A stretch of 64,000 nt of DNA from Rikenellaceae bacterium (GCA_031547885.1 JAVBRO010000002.1:29886-93885); one strand, 5' to 3'; counted from the stretch's first letter, positions 1 through 10,423 are shown. The notes: generated by a model from the sequence alone, not told the origin. A program made the numbers and translations.

Positions 1-1234
1 GGTATATGGCGTCGGAACCGATCGAAGGTTCTGTGTTTTCGGTGACATTACCCTGGATGCCCAGCGTAACCAAAGTTGTACTCGTGATATTCATGTCAAC
101 ATTGGTTCGGAAGTTGTACCTCTTATAATTAATATTTTCACCGAACTTTCCTATCCCCTCGGGGACCCAGTAGTATTTGCCGGGGTTGACCCTGTACTGG
201 CCGTTCTGGTTGTAGAATGAAAGGGCGGTGAAATAACGTGCAAAGCGGCCCCCGCCGGATATGTTGGCGCTCACCTTTTCCGAAATAGAGACTGGACTCA
301 TAAGAAGGTTCTGCCAGTCTACGTCGGGATATAATTCCGGGTCCGTTTGATTTCTCATAGCCGTTATTTGTTCAGCCGTATACTTATCGGCAGAAGTACC
401 GGTCGTACCGTCGACCGCCTCGTTAAACATCATCGAGCGGGTTGCAGCGTCGACAAAGGAGAGGCGCTTGCTCGCAAAAGAGAAACCCTGCTCATAGCGG
501 GCATCGATGCGTGCCGGGCCATCGAAACCGCGTCTGGTATTGACAATTATAACGCCGTTGGCTCCGCGTACCCCGAATACAGCTGTGGCGCTCGCGTCTT
601 TCAGCACGCTGAACGACTCTATTTCAAGAGGGTCCACGTCGTTAAGCGGACGTTCGACGCCGTCTACGATAATAAGCGGATCCACTCTACCCATAAAAGA
701 ACCTATACCGCGGATCCAGAACTGGGCATCGTCTTTACCTGGTTCACCGGACGACTGCAGAGAGATCACACCTGCGATGTTACCCGCAAGCGTCTGGCTC
801 AGCGAACGCACCGGGATCTGTAATGCCTGCGGTTTGACCGACGATATGGCGCCCACGACCGATGCCTTCTTCTGGCTGCCGAATCCCACCGCCACAATCT
901 CGACGGCTTCAAGTTCTGTAGCTTCTTCACGCGACAAATGAATCACTGTGTTTTGCCCTGCGATTACCGAAACCTGTCTCGGGGTGAAGCCCAGAAAGGA
1001 AACGTCCAGAATCGCGTTTGTTTCCGGCAATTTGATGGAAAATTCACCGTTTGGGGAACCAGATGAACTCCCAAGCTGGGTTCCTTTCACCAATATTGTC
1101 GCTCCGACAATAGGTTGTCCCTTCTCATCGACAACACGGCCGCGCAGCATGTTATCCTGTGCCGACACATTTACAGTCAGCAGCATGACAAAGCCCAGCA
1201 ACAGTGCTTTCAGTTGATTAGTAGATAGACTCAT
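1..1234 (-). CDS. SusC/RagA-family TonB-dependent outer membrane receptor, N-terminal part (C-terminal part lies before window start)
   Basis: Reverse-strand translation from ATG at 1234..1232 gives a signal peptide (MSLSTNQLKALLLGFVMLLTVNVSAQ), a carboxypeptidase-regulatory-like domain (GRVVDEKGQPIVGATILVKGT..GEFSI), then a TonB plug-like region (FGSQKK.S..GAISSV). The ORF runs off the window start. It is not in the supplied ORF track because it is truncated. Confidence 0.8.
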   Translation of the reverse strand, partial: MSLSTNQLKALLLGFVMLLTVNVSAQDNMLRGRVVDEKGQPIVGATILVKGTQLGSSSGSPNGEFSIKLPETNAILDVSFLGFTPRQVSVIAGQNTVIHLSREEATELEAVEIVAVGFGSQKKASVVGAISSVKPQALQIPVRSLSQTLAGNIAGVISLQSSGEPGKDDAQFWIRGIGSFMGRVDPLIIVDGVERPLNDVDPLEIESFSVLKDASATAVFGVRGANGVIIVNTRRGFDGPARIDARYEQGFSFASKRLSFVDAATRSMMFNEAVDGTTGTSADKYTAEQITAMRNQTDPELYPDVDWQNLLMSPVSISEKVSANISGGGRFARYFTALSFYNQNGQYRVNPGKYYWVPEGIGKFGENINYKRYNFRTNVDMNITSTTLVTLGIQGNVTENTEPSIGSDAIY

Positions 1235-1620
1235 ACATACAATAGTTTAGGTTAAAATAATTAAGTAGTGGTATCAGACACAAGAAAACCGGCTCTTTAT
1301 AGGGATGGAGCCACTTTTCGAAACCTAAAGTATATCATGTAAAGAGGATAAACGTCCGATAAAAAACAGCACCGGCCAACCTGTACGATTTTTGTACGCT
1401 TCGTACAATTTTTATATATTTTATTTTAGGATTGCTCCCAAATAATCATTCAAGCAGTAGAAATTCTGCTCCAGCCCGGCACGAAATTCCAGAATTGGAA
1501 ATTGCGGCTGGGCGTCGTCTTCGACGGCGATAATTTTGTGATGCCTTTTGTATCGGGTGAAAAAAAGTACTTCGACCTTGGCGGGAAAGAGATAAGCAGG
1601 TAATAGCCGACCCTCTACCT

Positions 1621-2718
1621 CTATTTGCAGGAGTAGAATCTCCCGAGCCTTTCAGTTTCGAGCTTGAAGAGTCCCTGGGTCTTTTGCGGCGTCTTTTCGA
1701 AAAAGAACAACCCGGTCTCGACGGCCCCTTTCTTCACCGACTTTTTCCATGAGCCGACTATCTCCCCGCCGAGCATCACGGTCGGAGAAAAGAGTCCGTT
1801 CTTAGTCATAACCTTGCCGTAATGGGTCTCGGAGATCATTTCCGAGCGATCCTTGTAACTGACCACGAATTCGTCGAATGACGGGAGCAGCAGGGCGGAA
1901 CCGCCATGCGCCACAGGAATTTCGATGTCGTTCATCATCAGGAAATCCCGACCGTTCAGCTTCACGGAGACGAGATCGCTCACGAGCATTGCGACGGCCC
2001 TGCGGCAGTCGGTGACCGTTAGCCCCGACCACCACGAGAAATCGTGCACTGTAGCCGGTCCGTGGCTGGTGAAGTACCGCCGCGCCAGACGTTCCAACGC
2101 CTCGTCCCTGCCTATCGTCTCTTTGCGCGGCGCCCACTCTTCGAGTAGGGTAAATGTCTGTTTATTCCCACGCAGACGACCGTTGCAGAGTATTCCCTCC
2201 ATCTCGGCCCGGCAGATGATCTGGTTCAGCAGGCTGCCGTCAGCCGTTATCCCGGCGGCATGCAGGGCGCCGCCGATCTCCTCTTTCGTAAGGTGCTTTC
2301 CGCCCGCCAGCGAATTTTCCACGACAGGCAGGGCGCGCAGGACCAGCGATTCGTCGGCACCGATCATCCGGCAATATGAGATATAGATGGGTTTTATCTG
2401 AGGATTGGAGAGGTCGAACATCCAGTGGATATCTTCGGCCGTCACGAAATGCCACGTCGGGCGCAGAATGTGGGTGCGGATGATCTTTCCCGTATTCAGG
2501 GCCTCTTCGACGGCTTTCACGGTTCCGTCCGCGAGCCGCACCCCTATCCCCCACTTCGCCTGGTCGAGCGCCTGCGCCTGCATCGCACCCATCCACGATA
2601 CGGCTTCGGCGGGTTCCGCAAAGCGTTGGCCCATGAGCCGCTGGTTTTGCAGGCGTATAGCGAGAAGCTCCGGAGTCGTCATGGCCGTATTACACATTCC
2701 GGCCCGCCCGGTAAGCAT
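1621..2718 (-). CDS. Winged-helix DNA-binding domain protein, YcaQ/DUF1006-like (true start probably the internal Met near 2682)
   Basis: 365-aa ORF with overall similarity to the YcaQ family by recall of that family's composition (RLQNQ.L, HDFSWWSGL). The maximal ORF overlaps the upstream gene's stop by 29 nt. The Met at residue 13 would leave a 7-nt gap. Confidence 0.55.
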   Translation of the reverse strand: MLTGRAGMCNTAMTTPELLAIRLQNQRLMGQRFAEPAEAVSWMGAMQAQALDQAKWGIGVRLADGTVKAVEEALNTGKIIRTHILRPTWHFVTAEDIHWMFDLSNPQIKPIYISYCRMIGADESLVLRALPVVENSLAGGKHLTKEEIGGALHAAGITADGSLLNQIICRAEMEGILCNGRLRGNKQTFTLLEEWAPRKETIGRDEALERLARRYFTSHGPATVHDFSWWSGLTVTDCRRAVAMLVSDLVSVKLNGRDFLMMNDIEIPVAHGGSALLLPSFDEFVVSYKDRSEMISETHYGKVMTKNGLFSPTVMLGGEIVGSWKKSVKKGAVETGLFFFEKTPQKTQGLFKLETERLGRFYSCK

Positions 2719-3223
2719 CCTCCACGGCCGGATTGCCGATGATCTCGCCCTTGTTCCACGCTCCGTAGCCGACTATGGTTCCGGCATGTTCGACGCCGTC
2801 GAGGCAGTCCATGAATCCCTGGAATGCGGCGAGCGTGCCGGCCATGGAAGCCTCTCCCCTGTCGGCCAAAGCCGCGATCAGGTATGCTTTCCCCTTGAGT
2901 TCGGTATAACGCGGAACGGTGCGGTCGATCAGGGTTTTCAGCTGCGCATCCATCGTGTAGAAATAGACCGGGGTCCCGAAGACAAGCACGTCGGCGGCGA
3001 CCATTTTGTCTAAAACGGCTGCCATATCGTCTTTCTGGACGCACTTGTGTGTCGTATTGCACGCCCCGCACCCCGTGCAGTAGTTTATCGTCATGTCGCG
3101 GAAGAATATCTTCTCCACGTCGTGTCCTGCATCCTGCGCACCGCGCATGAACTCGCCGCACAGATGGTCGGAGTTGCCTCCGCGGCGCGGACTGGCCGAA
3201 ATAATCAATACTTTTTTCTTCAT
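2690..3223 (-). CDS. Flavodoxin-like / NAD(P)H-dependent FMN reductase family flavoprotein (iron-sulfur flavoprotein type)
   Basis: 177 aa with MKKKVLIISASPRRGGNS (flavodoxin-like P-loop-type FMN site) and a CTGCGAC cysteine motif typical of Isf-type flavoproteins. Confidence 0.65.
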   Translation of the reverse strand: MKKKVLIISASPRRGGNSDHLCGEFMRGAQDAGHDVEKIFFRDMTINYCTGCGACNTTHKCVQKDDMAAVLDKMVAADVLVFGTPVYFYTMDAQLKTLIDRTVPRYTELKGKAYLIAALADRGEASMAGTLAAFQGFMDCLDGVEHAGTIVGYGAWNKGEIIGNPAVEDAYRAGRNV

Positions 3224-3241
3224 GGCTTTGCTTTATTATGG

Positions 3242-4213
3242 TCAGTCTATCGGCACCAGTTCGTAATTCGTTGTGCCGAGGCCTATCTGCTCGGCGTACT
3301 CGACCGTATGGATACCGTTGCGTGATTCCATGCGTTCGATCAGGTGGATTTTTCCGTGGTCTTCCGATGCGTAAACGAGGTCCACGCATGCCTTATCCAG
3401 CGCCACCGGATCGAGCGAGGCGAGTATGCCTATGTCGCCCATCTCGGGATCGGCAGGGTTATTATCGCAGTCGCAGTCAACGGAGAGGTTGTTCATCACG
3501 CTGATGTAGATGATGTTGTCGCCGCAGTGGTCGGCTATTGCTTTGGCAGCTTCGGCCATGGTTTCGAGGAAGTCGTCCTGCTTCGGATTACCCCATTCCG
3601 TGGTGCTTTGGCCCGCAGAATGGATCAGCACTTTGCCCGCGGATGAAGCGATGCCTATAGACATGTTCTTGATCGCACCCCCGAAACCGCCGCTGACGTG
3701 GCCCTTGAAATGCGAGAGGTTCACAACGAAGTCGTAGTCGGTGAAGTGCGACCCGACGATGTCGCGTGTAATGTGTTTGCCGCCCACGACGGGAAGGTCG
3801 ATCTCCCCTTCCGAGTCCAGGATGTCGACGGGCGCTATAGCCGTGAAGCCGTGGTCTTCAGCCGCCTTCATATGAAGTTCTGTCGTGGCGCGGTTGCCCC
3901 CGTAGGCTGTGTTGGCGTCGATGAAAGTCCCGTTCACGGACTTCACGAAATCCCCGATAAGTTCGGGTTTCAGGTAGTTGTGGCCGCCGGGTTCGCCCAT
4001 GCTCAATTTTATGGCGACTTTCCCCGTAGCCTCGCGCCCAAGAGCCTCGTATATCTTTTGCAGGCTCTCCGGCGAGATCTCTTTGGTAAAATAGACTGCG
4101 GCCTTTGCGTTTTTCATTTCGTTCTCTTTTTCACTGTTGTCGGTTTGCGTGCCGCTTGGGCATGATGCCATGCCGGTCATGACGGCGAGCGTTGTCAGGA
4201 TCATTTTTGTCAT
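3242..4213 (-). CDS. Lipoprotein, DUF362-like (function unknown)
   Basis: 323 aa with a lipoprotein signal (MTKMILTTLAVMTGMASC). Contains an HFKGHVSGGFGGAIKNMSIGIAS motif that I recall from DUF362-family proteins. Assignment is from memory only. Confidence 0.45.
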   Translation of the reverse strand: MTKMILTTLAVMTGMASCPSGTQTDNSEKENEMKNAKAAVYFTKEISPESLQKIYEALGREATGKVAIKLSMGEPGGHNYLKPELIGDFVKSVNGTFIDANTAYGGNRATTELHMKAAEDHGFTAIAPVDILDSEGEIDLPVVGGKHITRDIVGSHFTDYDFVVNLSHFKGHVSGGFGGAIKNMSIGIASSAGKVLIHSAGQSTTEWGNPKQDDFLETMAEAAKAIADHCGDNIIYISVMNNLSVDCDCDNNPADPEMGDIGILASLDPVALDKACVDLVYASEDHGKIHLIERMESRNGIHTVEYAEQIGLGTTNYELVPID

Positions 4214-4226
4214 AGTCGGTCGGTTT

Positions 4227-6128
4227 TTATAGTTTTAAGGATATTCCGCCGAACACCGTCGCTCCGGGCATCGGGTATCCGGCATACATCTCATATTTTT
4301 GGTCCAGCAGGTTCTCACCGCAAACGAACAGTGTGAGCCATTTGGCCGCCCTGAACGACGCGCGCGCGTTCCAGAGCAGGAAAGAGTCCTCTCCGCCGGG
4401 CGTGCCCGCTATCGGATCGGGCGCTTCGGTAACAAGGCCGTGCACATACTGCAGCCCGGTGGAGAACGTCCACTTTTTGAGCGTGTAGTCGGCTCCGGCG
4501 TACAGTTTATGTTCGGGCGCCGCAGCCACCTTATGCTCCATGTGCAGCCAGCTGTAATTGGCGTTGAGGCCGAGATTGCGGTTTATGCGCCAGTCGGCCG
4601 AGAATTCTGTCCCGTAATTTTCGATCTCCCCCGTGTTCTTGTACCTCCATCCGGGACGCGCGTCGGCATCCGGCGCCGCCACGATAGTGTTGTCTCCTTT
4701 AATATAATATAGATTGAACTCAAGTGCCAGCCTGCGGCCGAAGAGGTATTGGTTAAGCGCGGCCTCGTAGTTCATCAGGCTTTCGGGCTTCAGGCCGGGA
4801 TTGGCCGGGCCCCACATATACAGTTCGCGCATGGCCGGGTTGCGGTAGCCTTTGCTCACGATAGCTTTCACGGTCGTGTTACGTCCGGCGAACCAGCTCA
4901 ACCCGAACTGCGGCACCCATTCGTTACCCGCCACTGAGTGGTGGTCGAAGCGGATGCCCGCGTTTATCATCAGCCGATCCCAAAGCATCTGCTGGAGGTT
5001 GACGTATCCGGCATAGTCGTTCATGTACTCGGTGGAGATCGTGCTGTCGTCGTTTCCGTTCAGGTATGAGGTCCAGGCGTGCCCGCCGTAGCGCTGGAAG
5101 TCGAAACCGAAAGTGGCCTGGCAGCCTTTCCACACGGCGTAATTCTGGAACAGGGTGACCCCGAGCATCCAGTCGGTAGAATTGAAGCGGTCGCCCCTCG
5201 GCGTACCCCCTTCGGCATAGCCGTCGTCGATGAAATGGTCGCCGAAATTATAGAAGAGCTTCAGCGCTCCCGACGTCCGATCGTAACTGTTTGCAAGCGA
5301 AAATGAAGCGACGCCTCGTAGTATGTCCATATCGTTGTCGGTCATGGGGGCGTCGATCGCACCGGGATTGGAACTGTATGATTTGGAAAGATTCAGGTCC
5401 GCGAAAGTTTCCCAGTGCCGCGGGAAATCGTATCCGACCTTGGCGTAGCCGCTGAACTGTTCGAAATCCATGTTCGGGCGGTGGCCGTCGCTGCGGTTGT
5501 AGCCCGCCGAAAGGACGCTGTTGAACCCGCCTTTCCGCACCGCGCTGCTGAAGTCGGTAGACACAGTGTTGTATGAGCCATACATGGCGTTCAGGCGTAC
5601 ATTGGAGCCGTTCTCGCGCTGCTGTTTGGTGATAATATTCACCACCCCGCCCATAGCGTTGCCGCCGTAGAGCACCGATGCCGGGCCACGAACTATTTCC
5701 ACTCGTTCGGCCATCAGGGTCTGATAAGTGTCGGCCAGCGGATGGCTGAATATGCCCATGAACTGTGGATGTCCGTCGATCAGTACGAGTGTTCCGGGAC
5801 CGTTCCCGACCCCGCGGATCGTCATAGTCCCCGCCGCGCCGGTCGAGGCCCCGTAACCCATCACGCTGCGCGAGGTTATCATAAGGCTCGGCACGCGCTC
5901 CACCAGTATCGGCAGGACGGACTGCTCCATGCGGTTTCCCAACTCTCTTTCCGTGATGACGCTCACGCTCATCGGCAGGTTCTTCGCGGTCAGCGACGCA
6001 CGGCTTCCCGTTACGACGACCTGTTCGATGCGGACGGAATCTACTGCCTCTCTTTCCGGTACGGCAGGCGATGCCCAGGTGGCGGTTACCGTGGAAAGGC
6101 AGAGGATGATCGATATCTGTTTCTTCAT
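4227..6128 (-). CDS. TonB-dependent outer membrane receptor
   Basis: Signal peptide MKKQISIILCLSTVTATWA, plug-domain motifs (VVTGSRASLTAKNLPMSVSVI; IRG..SVLYG.NAMGGVVNIITK) and a beta-barrel C-terminus ending in an aromatic residue. Start chosen at MKK (6128); the maximal ORF extends to 6140. Confidence 0.85.
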   Translation of the reverse strand: MKKQISIILCLSTVTATWASPAVPEREAVDSVRIEQVVVTGSRASLTAKNLPMSVSVITERELGNRMEQSVLPILVERVPSLMITSRSVMGYGASTGAAGTMTIRGVGNGPGTLVLIDGHPQFMGIFSHPLADTYQTLMAERVEIVRGPASVLYGGNAMGGVVNIITKQQRENGSNVRLNAMYGSYNTVSTDFSSAVRKGGFNSVLSAGYNRSDGHRPNMDFEQFSGYAKVGYDFPRHWETFADLNLSKSYSSNPGAIDAPMTDNDMDILRGVASFSLANSYDRTSGALKLFYNFGDHFIDDGYAEGGTPRGDRFNSTDWMLGVTLFQNYAVWKGCQATFGFDFQRYGGHAWTSYLNGNDDSTISTEYMNDYAGYVNLQQMLWDRLMINAGIRFDHHSVAGNEWVPQFGLSWFAGRNTTVKAIVSKGYRNPAMRELYMWGPANPGLKPESLMNYEAALNQYLFGRRLALEFNLYYIKGDNTIVAAPDADARPGWRYKNTGEIENYGTEFSADWRINRNLGLNANYSWLHMEHKVAAAPEHKLYAGADYTLKKWTFSTGLQYVHGLVTEAPDPIAGTPGGEDSFLLWNARASFRAAKWLTLFVCGENLLDQKYEMYAGYPMPGATVFGGISLKL

Positions 6129-6305
6129 ATGTTCTTGCAAATATAGAATAAAAGCGGCCGGTGTGCTGCCTGTTATGCTCCATATCCGGCTAAAAAATGG
6201 CCGATTGTTCCGTTTTATTGTTCAAAAGCCGAACTGACGGGCTTCTGCGGCGGTGTTTTTGTTTCGATTGCGGAAATATTCTTACATTTGCACTAATATC
6301 CCCCG

Positions 6306-8531
6306 ATGAAAAAATTTCTGTACATATTATTGGCTGTGGTTCTTGCGGTTCCCGGTATCCTGTCTGCCCAAAAACCGGACAGCCTGGGGCGTAAGAAGGT
6401 TGCCGTCGTACTGAGCGGAGGAGGCGCCAAAGGGGTCGCACACATCGGCGCCCTGAGAGTCATCGAAGAGGCCGGCATACCCATCGACATGATAGTCGGT
6501 ACGAGCATGGGTTCGATCGTGGGGGGCCTCTACTGCATCGGTTACACTCCCGATCAACTCGACAGCATGGTGATGAGCCAGGACTGGGGCTTGCTGCTCA
6601 GCGACCGCACCGAACGCCGCTACCAGACTTTCTCGCAGAAGGAAACCGACTCAAAATACCTCGTTTCGCTGCAGTTCGGCAAGCGGATGGAAGGTTTCGG
6701 AGGGTATATCCGCGGCACCAACCTCGAAATGCTTTTCAACGACCTGATGGTGGGATACCACGACTCGATAAATTTCAGGCAGCTTCCCATTCCGTTCGCA
6801 TGCGTTGCGGCCGATATAGTCGACGGCAAACCCGTGGTGTTCCAGGATGGCGTGCTGCCGACCGCCATGAGGGCCAGCATGGCCATCCCGGGAGTCTTTT
6901 CACCTGTTTACACGGGCGACATGGTGTTGGTAGACGGAGGAATGATGAACAACTTCCCGACGAACGTCGCTATGGAGATGGGGGCCGATATAATAATAGG
7001 TGTCGATGTGCAGTCCGAGCTGAAGAGCAAGGATGAACTGACTGGAGCGCCGGCGATACTGACCCAGATCGTCGACCTGGTAATGCAGCAGCAGACCTAC
7101 CGCCGGAACGTAAGTCTGACGGATGTCTATATGAAAGTGAACGTCGAGGGATATTCGTCGGCGAGCTTCAACCTGCCGGCGCTGGACAGCCTTATCGACC
7201 GCGGCCGGGCGGCCGCAATTGCCCAGTGGGACGACCTTGTGGAACTGAAGCCGAAGATAGGCATCGCCGAAGATTTTGCTCCGCCGCCGCATGGACCTTA
7301 CCTCTCGCTTAACGAAAGGGGGAATTTTCATGTTTACGACGTCAGTTTCGACGAGCTTTCGCCGCGCGAAAGGAACTGGGTGATGCGGAAATGCAAGGTA
7401 AAGGAGAATACCGACATGAGCGTCGCCTCACTGAACCGCTGCATGTCGATACTGACGGCAACTTCGTCGTTCTCGAATATATATTACTCCCTGAGCGACA
7501 CGCTGGATGGATACAACCTCTATTTTCACCTGGATGAAAGAAGGGACAACTCGCTGAATATAGGCGTCAACGTCGACTCCGAAGAGATAGCTTCGGCGCT
7601 GGTCAACCGCACGTTCAGGCTCGGCAAAAAAGTCCCGATGCAGGCATCGCTCACCGGCCGCCTTGGACGGAGGATCATGGCCCAGGTCGATTACTCGTTC
7701 TACACCTCGCCGCTCAGCTATTTCAATTTCGACTACACGTTCAACCACAACGATATCAACATCTACGACAGTGGCAACAAATATTTCAACACGACCTACG
7801 ACCACAATTTCGTCAGCGCGAGTTTCAACGACATGAACTTCCTGCGGCAGAATCTCAAACTGGCTCTAGGATTAAGGTACGAATATTTTTCGTTCCGCCA
7901 CCTGCTGTTCGACCACGACGGAGACCCGATGCAGCTGGAATCGGAAGGAATGGTGAGTTATTACGGCCGGATGGAATACGAGACTCTCAACCACCCCTAT
8001 TTTGCACAGCGCGGGTCTGCGTTCTCCGTCGGCTACGATCTCTACACAGATAATTTCGTGCAGTATAACGGCCACGCCCCGTTCTCGGCGATCTCGTATT
8101 CGTGGATGACGGCGGTTCCGGTTACGAAGCGTTTCTCGCTTATCCCCAGCCTTTACGGACGCATCCTGGTGGGGGCCGACATACCGTTCCCCATGCTGAA
8201 CATGGTCGGGGGCAAATTTTTCGGGAGATATCTTCCGCAGCAGATGCCTTTCGACGGGATCGGCTACATGGAAGCCGTTCCGCACATATTCCTCTCAGCT
8301 AAACTGCAAGGCCGTCAGCGCATAGGTATGCGCCACTTCGTTTCGGCGTCGTTCAACTACGCCCTCACCAACAACGGGTTCTCGACCCTCTTCTCCGAAG
8401 GGAACAGTTATTTCGGGGCCGCGATAGACTACGGCTACAATTTCAGGCTTTTCCCCATCATGGCCTCTTTCAGCTGGTCAAACGTGACAAAGTCGCTGGG
8501 ATTCTACGTGCAGGCGGGATACATGTTCTAA
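6306..8531 (+). CDS. Patatin-like phospholipase fused to a C-terminal Omp85/surface-antigen-like beta-barrel (PlpD-like, type Vd secretion architecture)
   Basis: Signal peptide, then a patatin glycine-rich loop (VLSGGGAKG) and GTSMG nucleophile elbow with a DGG motif (VLVDGGMMNN). A ~400-aa C-terminal region rich in alternating aromatic/hydrophobic beta-strands ends in YMF. Confidence 0.8.
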   Translation: MKKFLYILLAVVLAVPGILSAQKPDSLGRKKVAVVLSGGGAKGVAHIGALRVIEEAGIPIDMIVGTSMGSIVGGLYCIGYTPDQLDSMVMSQDWGLLLSDRTERRYQTFSQKETDSKYLVSLQFGKRMEGFGGYIRGTNLEMLFNDLMVGYHDSINFRQLPIPFACVAADIVDGKPVVFQDGVLPTAMRASMAIPGVFSPVYTGDMVLVDGGMMNNFPTNVAMEMGADIIIGVDVQSELKSKDELTGAPAILTQIVDLVMQQQTYRRNVSLTDVYMKVNVEGYSSASFNLPALDSLIDRGRAAAIAQWDDLVELKPKIGIAEDFAPPPHGPYLSLNERGNFHVYDVSFDELSPRERNWVMRKCKVKENTDMSVASLNRCMSILTATSSFSNIYYSLSDTLDGYNLYFHLDERRDNSLNIGVNVDSEEIASALVNRTFRLGKKVPMQASLTGRLGRRIMAQVDYSFYTSPLSYFNFDYTFNHNDINIYDSGNKYFNTTYDHNFVSASFNDMNFLRQNLKLALGLRYEYFSFRHLLFDHDGDPMQLESEGMVSYYGRMEYETLNHPYFAQRGSAFSVGYDLYTDNFVQYNGHAPFSAISYSWMTAVPVTKRFSLIPSLYGRILVGADIPFPMLNMVGGKFFGRYLPQQMPFDGIGYMEAVPHIFLSAKLQGRQRIGMRHFVSASFNYALTNNGFSTLFSEGNSYFGAAIDYGYNFRLFPIMASFSWSNVTKSLGFYVQAGYMF

Positions 8532-8634
8532 ATTACGAATTTTAAATTACGAATTACGAATTGTTGTACTGCAAAAAAGCCTCCAAAGGAGGCTTTTCAT
8601 ATTGTATAGCGAGTGTATTTCGTAATTCGTAATT
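8531..8634. repeat. Inverted/direct ATTACGAATT repeat structure flanking a bidirectional terminator
   Basis: ATTACGAATT occurs three times (8532-8562, overlapping with a 7-nt period). Its reverse complement CGTAATTCGTAATT is at 8621-8634. Together they bracket the hairpin at 8573-8597. Confidence 0.5.
8573..8597. terminator. Bidirectional Rho-independent terminator between convergent patatin-Omp85 gene and rho
   Basis: AAAAAA-GCCTCC-AAA-GGAGGC-TTTT: a perfect 6-bp GC-rich stem with an A-run on one side and a T-run on the other. Confidence 0.7.
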
Positions 8635-8639
8635 GATTA

Positions 8640-10397
8640 TCAGGAGTTCATGGTGACGAGCAGTTCTTCGTTGTCGCGGGTGTTCTCCATGTGCTTTTTG
8701 ATCTCTTCCATGGCTTCCACCGAATTCATGTCCGAGAGATAGCGGCGCAGGATCCAGGTCTTCTGCAGAACGTCCTTGCTCAGCAGCAGGTCCTCGCGGC
8801 GGGTGCCCGAAGCGACGACATCCACGGCCGGGTAGACGCGCTTGTTGGCGAGTTTGCGGTCGAGTTGAAGCTCCATATTGCCCGTACCCTTAAACTCCTC
8901 GAAGATTACTTCGTCCATCTTCGAGCCGGTGTCGATGAGGGCCGTGGCGACGATCGTAAGCGAACCGCGCTCCTCGGTGTTTCGTGCGGCGCCGAAGAAC
9001 CTTTTGGGCTTGTGCAGCGCGTTTGCGTCCACACCACCCGAAAGCACCTTGCCGGATGCGGGCTGGACTGTGTTGTAGGCGCGTGCAAGGCGGGTTATAG
9101 AGTCGAGGAATATCACGACGTCCTGACCGCATTCAACCATTCGCTTGGCTTTATCGAGCACCATTTCGGCGACCTTCACATGACGCGAAGCCTGTTCGTC
9201 GAATGTAGAGGCGATTACTTCGGCCTTCACGTTTCGGGCCATTTCGGTCACTTCCTCGGGGCGTTCGTCGATCAGCAGGACGATCATATAGACCTCAGGG
9301 TGGTTGTCGGCGATGGCGTTGGCGATGTTCTGCAGCAGCACGGTCTTACCCGTTTTCGGCTGTGCGACGATCAGTCCGCGCTGGCCCTTGCCGATCGGCG
9401 AAAAGAGGTCCACTACGCGCGACGAAAGGTTGTTGTGCCCGTTGCCCGTGATGTTGAATTTTTCGTTGGGGAAGAGCGGCGTCATGAACTCGAACTGCAC
9501 GCGGTCGCGCACCAGGTCGGGATGCAAGCCGTTTATCATGTTGACCTTGACGAGCGGGAAATATTTTTCGCCTTCCTTCGGGGGGCGGATGACGCCCTGA
9601 ACGGTGTCGCCCGGTTTGAGGCTGAAAAGCTTTATCTGCGAGGGAGATACGTAGACGTCGTCGGGCGAATTGAGGTAGTTATAGTCGGCCGAGCGCAGGA
9701 ATCCGTAGCCGTCGGGCATCACTTCGAGGACGCCTTCCCCTTCCACGTTCCCGGTAAATTCGTCGCGCGCCTCGCCGTGCGAATGGCCGTTGTTGCCGTT
9801 CTTCTGCTGTTGCTGACGGCCTTTCTGGTTCTGTGGTTTATTGCGGTTCTCCTCTTTCTGCTGCGGCGCCTCTTTGATCTCTTCCGTCGGGGCTTCCGGG
9901 ATTTCCGGCATTTCTGCTGCAGGGGTTTCATCCTGCTGCCCTATGCGCTTGCGTCCGCGTTTCTTGGGCCCCTGTTGTTCTGCAGGCGCGGAAATTTCCG
10001 CTTCTGCGGCAGCCGGAATCTCTTCAACCGCCTGCTCTGCGACAGGAGCCGGTTCAAAGGGCAATTCCACGGCCGATGCCGTGTGAACGACAGCGGGATG
10101 GTCGACCGGTTCCGCGTGGCTGTAACCTATTTTCGGACGCCTGCCGCGGCGTTTGGGCTCTTCCTCTACGACGGCGGGGAGAGGGGCACTATATTCTTCC
10201 TCGATCGTTTCGCCGGTCTGCGGAGCCGTTTCGCCGTCTTCGCTGTGGCCGTTGCCACCGTTCCGACCGTTCCGGCTCTCTTCGATTATGCGGGCTATGA
10301 GTTCGTCTTTTTTGAACGCGCCTTTAATACCGAGGGCCTTGGCTATGATGCGCAATTCGGATAAACTTTTATCCTCCAGCATCTGAAAGTCTTGCAT
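8640..10397 (-). CDS. rho: Transcription termination factor Rho (with long Bacteroidota-type N-terminal insertion)
   Basis: N-terminal Rho_N ([27 protein letters not shown]), then an approximately 200-aa low-complexity E/P/A/Q-rich insertion, then the RNA-binding OB-fold and ATPase core (Walker [37 protein letters not shown]). Confidence 0.92.
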   Translation of the reverse strand: MQDFQMLEDKSLSELRIIAKALGIKGAFKKDELIARIIEESRNGRNGGNGHSEDGETAPQTGETIEEEYSAPLPAVVEEEPKRRGRRPKIGYSHAEPVDHPAVVHTASAVELPFEPAPVAEQAVEEIPAAAEAEISAPAEQQGPKKRGRKRIGQQDETPAAEMPEIPEAPTEEIKEAPQQKEENRNKPQNQKGRQQQQKNGNNGHSHGEARDEFTGNVEGEGVLEVMPDGYGFLRSADYNYLNSPDDVYVSPSQIKLFSLKPGDTVQGVIRPPKEGEKYFPLVKVNMINGLHPDLVRDRVQFEFMTPLFPNEKFNITGNGHNNLSSRVVDLFSPIGKGQRGLIVAQPKTGKTVLLQNIANAIADNHPEVYMIVLLIDERPEEVTEMARNVKAEVIASTFDEQASRHVKVAEMVLDKAKRMVECGQDVVIFLDSITRLARAYNTVQPASGKVLSGGVDANALHKPKRFFGAARNTEERGSLTIVATALIDTGSKMDEVIFEEFKGTGNMELQLDRKLANKRVYPAVDVVASGTRREDLLLSKDVLQKTWILRRYLSDMNSVEAMEEIKKHMENTRDNEELLVTMNS

Positions 10398-10423
10398 AGA
10401 TGTATGTAATGAGTATGTTTTTT

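Noticed and set aside
6141-6305. Possible cobalamin or TPP riboswitch upstream of the TonB-dependent receptor at 4227..6128
   Set aside because: I looked for the B12-box (GCCACTG-like) and the TPP CTGAGA/ACCTGATCTGGATAATGCCAGCG cores on the minus strand and found neither. The region reads as a plain promoter/5' UTR.
8691-10364. 557-aa ORF on the + strand
   Set aside because: Entirely antisense to rho, which has unmistakable Rho motifs. The + frame product is low-complexity (R/G/A-rich) with no motifs. This is a typical spurious antisense ORF in GC-rich DNA.
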